From positions 1-19,612 of the forward strand of contig JAZDFD010000007.1 in the NCBI GenBank assembly GCA_043808155.1: 19,612 nt of DNA, written 5' to 3'. The position numbers and the translations under genes are program-made. This DNA is from Candidatus Iainarchaeum sp. (GTDB lineage: Archaea > Iainarchaeota > Iainarchaeia > Iainarchaeales > JAZDFD01). Shown one piece after another: positions 16,351 to 19,612 of this stretch. Positions within the stretch are counted from its first letter, which is position 1. The number at the start of each line of letters is the position of its first letter. The notes under the pieces are model-generated. The model worked only from the letters and a program-made list of their open reading frames with translations, had not been told where the DNA came from and searched no databases.

Positions 16351-17271
16351 ATGACTACTATTAACTCAAAACACAAGAATTGGCTCAATTGGCTCATTAT
16401 TTCCGTATGTGTTCTCATAATTTTCATATTTGCACTTTCATTCCTGCTCAATTCACTAATCCCAGATTCAAAAGTTTTTCCTGCAAAAATAGCAGTAATT
16501 CCTGTGAAAGGAGACATCTATTTTGACAAGGCAATGTTTTCAGATGCACTTACTGCAGATGAACTTATTGAAAGAATAGAATCTGCAGAACATGACCCCT
16601 CAATCAATGCAATCCTTCTTGAAATAAACAGCTCGGGGGGTGAAGTAGTTGCAACAAAACAGGTTGTGGAAAAATTAAAACAAACAAAAAAACCAGTTGT
16701 TTCATGGATTGCATCAGTTGGTGCTTCAGGCGCGTACTATATTGCTGCAACCTCAGATTATATTTTTGCAGATGCTGATTCAATAACAGGAAGCATTGGA
16801 GTTATTTCAATGATTATGAATTATGAAGGTCTGATGGAAAAATTAGGTTTGGAAGTTGAAGTTCTTAAAGAAGGTGAATTCAAAGATATGCTAAGTCCTT
16901 TTTCAGATTTTGATGATAAGGGAAAAGCACTTTTACAGGAAATGATTCACGAATCATATTTAGGTTTCAAAAACGATGTTTTTGAATTAAGAAACGGAAA
17001 AATGAATGAAACTGCATTTGATGAAATTGCAGACGGCAGAATACTTTCCGGAAGACAGGCATTAAAGATAGGGCTGATTGATGAATTAGGCACAAAAGAA
17101 GATGCACTCATGAAAGCATCCGAACTTGCAGGTTTTTCAGGAAAACCAATTGCAATAAATTACGCGAATTCAGGTTCAGGTCTTGGCAGCTTTTTTACTA
17201 CTGCGGGTTTTTCTTTCGGGCAGGGTTTCAAAGAAGGGCTTGAATATACGCCAACTTATATCCGAACCTAA
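16351..17271 (+). CDS. sppA: Signal peptide peptidase SppA (36K type, S49)
   Basis: N-terminal TM, INSSGG, ASGAYYIAA, ITGSIGV, GEFKD, ADGRILSGRQA and GLIDELG. Confidence 0.95.
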   Translation: MTTINSKHKNWLNWLIISVCVLIIFIFALSFLLNSLIPDSKVFPAKIAVIPVKGDIYFDKAMFSDALTADELIERIESAEHDPSINAILLEINSSGGEVVATKQVVEKLKQTKKPVVSWIASVGASGAYYIAATSDYIFADADSITGSIGVISMIMNYEGLMEKLGLEVEVLKEGEFKDMLSPFSDFDDKGKALLQEMIHESYLGFKNDVFELRNGKMNETAFDEIADGRILSGRQALKIGLIDELGTKEDALMKASELAGFSGKPIAINYANSGSGLGSFFTTAGFSFGQGFKEGLEYTPTYIRT

Positions 17272-17277
17272 CTAACA

Positions 17278-17961
17278 TCAGAACATGATTGAAAGCCCAA
17301 ATGCAACTAATGCACCTGATGAACTTCCAATAAAATTAACAATTGTATTATTAATCATCTTTTTTCTTTCAAGTGTTGCACCCAATATAGAATCAACAAC
17401 AGAACCAGTAAAACCTGCGATAATCAATATGATTGAAATTTTCAAATCCTGAAATAAGAAAAAATAAAATCCAGAAATAATAAGTGCACCAACAAGAGCT
17501 GCCATAAAACCAACCCATGTCACTCCGCCATCTGCACCTGGTTCAACTTCCTGCATAGTTGTAATCAATTTTGGTTTTTGTTTTGATAAAAGCCCAATTT
17601 CAGATGACAATGTATCTGCCAATGCTGCAGCAAAAGCACCAAAAAAACCAACCCAAGAACCTAAAATTAAAGCAATAAGTGCTGCACCGCTATTCCCAAT
17701 AATATTTCCCGTTGTTCTTTTTTCATGTTCTGAATTATTCTTTCCGATATTCTTCCTTGCAAATGTTGTTGATGATTCACCTGCTCCATAAAAAATCACT
17801 GTTGTTATAAATGCAGTCATCCCGCCTGCAAGATACATTGCAATCCCGATAATATTGCCAACCGCAATTCCCTCATAATCCAGGGACTTATTTTTATATG
17901 CGATTGCAGAAAAAAAGAATAACATTGCTGCGAGAGCCGCTACTTCTAGTGCTGAATCCAT
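17278..17961 (-). CDS. DUF92/TMEM19-family membrane protein
   Basis: ADTLSSEIG, PGADGGVT, VDSILGATLE and NNTIVNF motifs; multiple TM segments. Confidence 0.9.
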   Translation of the reverse strand: MDSALEVAALAAMLFFFSAIAYKNKSLDYEGIAVGNIIGIAMYLAGGMTAFITTVIFYGAGESSTTFARKNIGKNNSEHEKRTTGNIIGNSGAALIALILGSWVGFFGAFAAALADTLSSEIGLLSKQKPKLITTMQEVEPGADGGVTWVGFMAALVGALIISGFYFFLFQDLKISIILIIAGFTGSVVDSILGATLERKKMINNTIVNFIGSSSGALVAFGLSIMF

Positions 17962-17966
17962 TCAAA

Positions 17967-18644
17967 TCATTCATCAAAATAAATTTTTGATTTTGCTATT
18001 TCTACTCTTTTAACCGGTACTATTTTTTTAATGTCAGCAAAGATTTTTGTTGAAATTGTTCCAAAAATTAATTCCTGAACAAATTGGTTGCATGTTTTTT
18101 TCTTTGCAGCGTCTGCAATACCCGCAATCATTATTTGTCTCATTGCAGTTCTCTGGTTTACTTTTGCTTTTCTTGCAGTTATTGCAATAGTTTTAACTTT
18201 TACTGATTGCTTGTCTTTTGTCATAACAGTCTGAACTGTTTCTACTTTACTGCTTCTTCTTCTGGTCATTCTCCCCAAATAAGATGAACTTATTTCATGA
18301 CCTGTTAAAATAGTATTTGCAGTTGTTCCTTCAACTTTGTTTATTTTAAATGAAACAGAAATATGTCTTTTTTGTCTCTGGTTGGATAAGTTTCCAAGAT
18401 TTGTTTTAATAACTCTGCCATCAAGAACTTTTACTTTCTCAGCTGGTGTTTCACCCACAACTTTATTGCTGAATTCTTTAGGTGCAACAATAGTAAACCA
18501 CTTTTTCTTTTTCCATTTATCAGTGGTTCTTCTTTCAACTCGTTTTCTGACAAGTTTCTTTTTGACTGTTTTACCCTTTTTACCTTTTTTTTCTTTCTTA
18601 TCTGCTTTCTCTACCTGTTCTTTTTCAGCCATAAAATCACTCAT
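17967..18644 (-). CDS. rps3ae: 30S ribosomal protein S3ae (eS1)
   Basis: DKWKKKKWFTIVAP, GRVIKTNL, SYLGRMTRRRSSKV and KKIVPVKRVEIAKS. The start could be ATG 18632 (MAEKE, SD-like GAGTGA). Confidence 0.93.
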   Translation of the reverse strand: MSDFMAEKEQVEKADKKEKKGKKGKTVKKKLVRKRVERRTTDKWKKKKWFTIVAPKEFSNKVVGETPAEKVKVLDGRVIKTNLGNLSNQRQKRHISVSFKINKVEGTTANTILTGHEISSSYLGRMTRRRSSKVETVQTVMTKDKQSVKVKTIAITARKAKVNQRTAMRQIMIAGIADAAKKKTCNQFVQELIFGTISTKIFADIKKIVPVKRVEIAKSKIYFDE

Positions 18645-18760
18645 TGTCTTTTGTTAATTATAATTTCATCACAATACTTTATCAGCGTTTCCAAATCTTT
18701 GTTTCCTTTTTCAGAAATGAATTTTTTTCCATTTTCACTTACTGAAAGTTCATACTTCAT
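18641..18760 (-). CDS. Putative 39-aa small protein
   Basis: MKYELSVSENGKKFISEKGNKDLETLIKYCDEIIINKRQ*. SD-like GAAGTGA upstream, and the stop overlaps the ATG at 18644 (ATGA). Confidence 0.5.
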   Translation of the reverse strand: MKYELSVSENGKKFISEKGNKDLETLIKYCDEIIINKRQ

Positions 18761-18766
18761 CTAACG

Positions 18767-18870
18767 TCACTTCACAAAGCCGAACGCCCGGCTGGTGCGA
18801 TATGTGCAGGTTCTTCGCAAGCTCGAACCCGCAGTAATATTATTATTTTTCATCATTCATCACTTCACAA
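18767..18870. repeat. 11-bp direct repeat flanking an 82-bp segment with two hairpins
   Basis: TCACTTCACAA at 18767-18777 and 18860-18870. Internal stems AGCCG/CGGCT and TGCAGGTTC/GAACCCGCA. Confidence 0.6.
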
Positions 18871-19315
18871 GCAATGCTGCTTTTTCTTCACTAAAGTGCC
18901 ATGTTTTGGGCAATCTTTTTTCCTTAATATTATATTTTACAAGTCTTCTTATTTTTGAGACTGTTAATTGATAACCGCGCTTTGCAGTGAAATCTTTTTT
19001 GTTTTTTTCCATGTGTTCTTTTAATTGCACGGATTTTCTAATCAAATTCAATAAATCTTCAGGAAGATCTCCCTGTAAATCATTTTCTGCAAGAATTTTC
19101 TGTATTGTTTTTCCAGTAACTGATTTAACACTCGGAATTCCGTATTGATCTCTTAAAGTAAGTCCTATCTGTGAAGGTGTGTGTCCTGAGTTTGCCAGAT
19201 TTATAATAAGCTCAGTAATCTCCTTGGTATTATATTCTACCCATGCAGGAGCTTTCTTTGAGCTTGGCTTTGTACTGCCTGATTTTCCTTTTTTTCCTGA
19301 GTGCATTCTTGCCAT
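18860..19315 (-). CDS. rps15: 30S ribosomal protein S15 (uS15/S13e)
   Basis: MARMHSGKKGKSGSTKP, PSQIGLTLRDQYGIP, LPEDLLNLIRK and SKIRRLVKY. True start is ATG 19315. Confidence 0.97.
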   Translation of the reverse strand: MARMHSGKKGKSGSTKPSSKKAPAWVEYNTKEITELIINLANSGHTPSQIGLTLRDQYGIPSVKSVTGKTIQKILAENDLQGDLPEDLLNLIRKSVQLKEHMEKNKKDFTAKRGYQLTVSKIRRLVKYNIKEKRLPKTWHFSEEKAALLVK

Positions 19316-19402
19316 AATATCACACTTATCCAAGTGCCCACCCAACGCCCATAAGGAACGGGGGAGATTGAAAATTAAGTTACATAATACTCCTTGCAAA
19401 GC

Positions 19403-19412
19403 TTTATATATT
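19403..19412 (-). promoter_or_regulatory. Putative TATA box of rps15
   Basis: Minus strand AATATATAAA ~90 nt upstream of the rps15 ATG. Confidence 0.5.
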
Positions 19413-19439
19413 TATCAGTGGTACCTTGCTCTCTTCTCA

Positions 19440-19589
19440 AGTAGGGGACTCTGTCCCCTTACTAGCCCCTGAAATTTGTTAATAGAACCAAGGGGCTCTG
19501 CCCCTTTGGAAACCCCGTAATTAATAGGCATATTATCGCCCTGTCGCAGACAGGGCACATATGCTCACAACCGGAGCGCCGGTTAGTGA
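19440..19589. repeat. Cluster of four GC-rich hairpins, including two related REP-like units
   Basis: AGGGGAC-TCT-GTCCCCT (19443-19459), CCAAGGGGC-TCT-GCCCCTTTGG (19488-19509), GCCCTGTC-GCA-GACAGGGC (19538-19556), TCACAACCGG-AGCG-CCGGTTAGTGA (19565-19589). Confidence 0.7.
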
Positions 19590-19612
19590 TATCTCGCACG
19601 CTTCTCAATTAC

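Noticed and set aside
18852-18863. C/D box sRNA (GTGATGA and ATGATGA after the rps15 stop)
   Set aside because: No CTGA D box at a suitable distance; the motifs are explained by stop/start codons.
19583-19612. Possible 3' end of a minus-strand gene (VIEKRARYH*) or start of a plus-strand ORF at 19561
   Set aside because: Too short at the window edge to support either.

Overview
AT-rich archaeal chromosomal window. A DPANN lineage such as Ca. Diapherotrites/Iainarchaeota is a plausible source, but this is inferred from gene style only. It is mostly housekeeping genes: the C-terminal part of a very large secreted-type protein, a membrane-anchored hypothetical plus sepF, cdc6/orc1, the PolD operon (UPF0147-DP1-DP2), a NOG1-family GTPase split by one in-frame TAA, secF-secD, carS, sppA, DUF92, and r-proteins eS1 and uS15. 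The standout is a ~1.36 kb tnpB-only IS200/IS605-family element (~8070-9428) inserted antisense into the last codons of the PolD DP1 gene. Its right end supplies a new DP1 stop codon. Removing it in silico restores DP1 ...QVTGSLRRF* with a TGATG overlap onto the DP2 start. Its host-facing strand is almost fully covered by two consecutive ORFs (341 codons with an SD-like site, then ~98 codons) that end on that same TGATG, which suggests a transposon that may avoid polarity in an essential operon (hypothesis). An omegaRNA-like pseudoknot scaffold, related structured elements on both sides of rps15 and a short tandem repeat are also visible. No CRISPR array, tRNA or rRNA was found.
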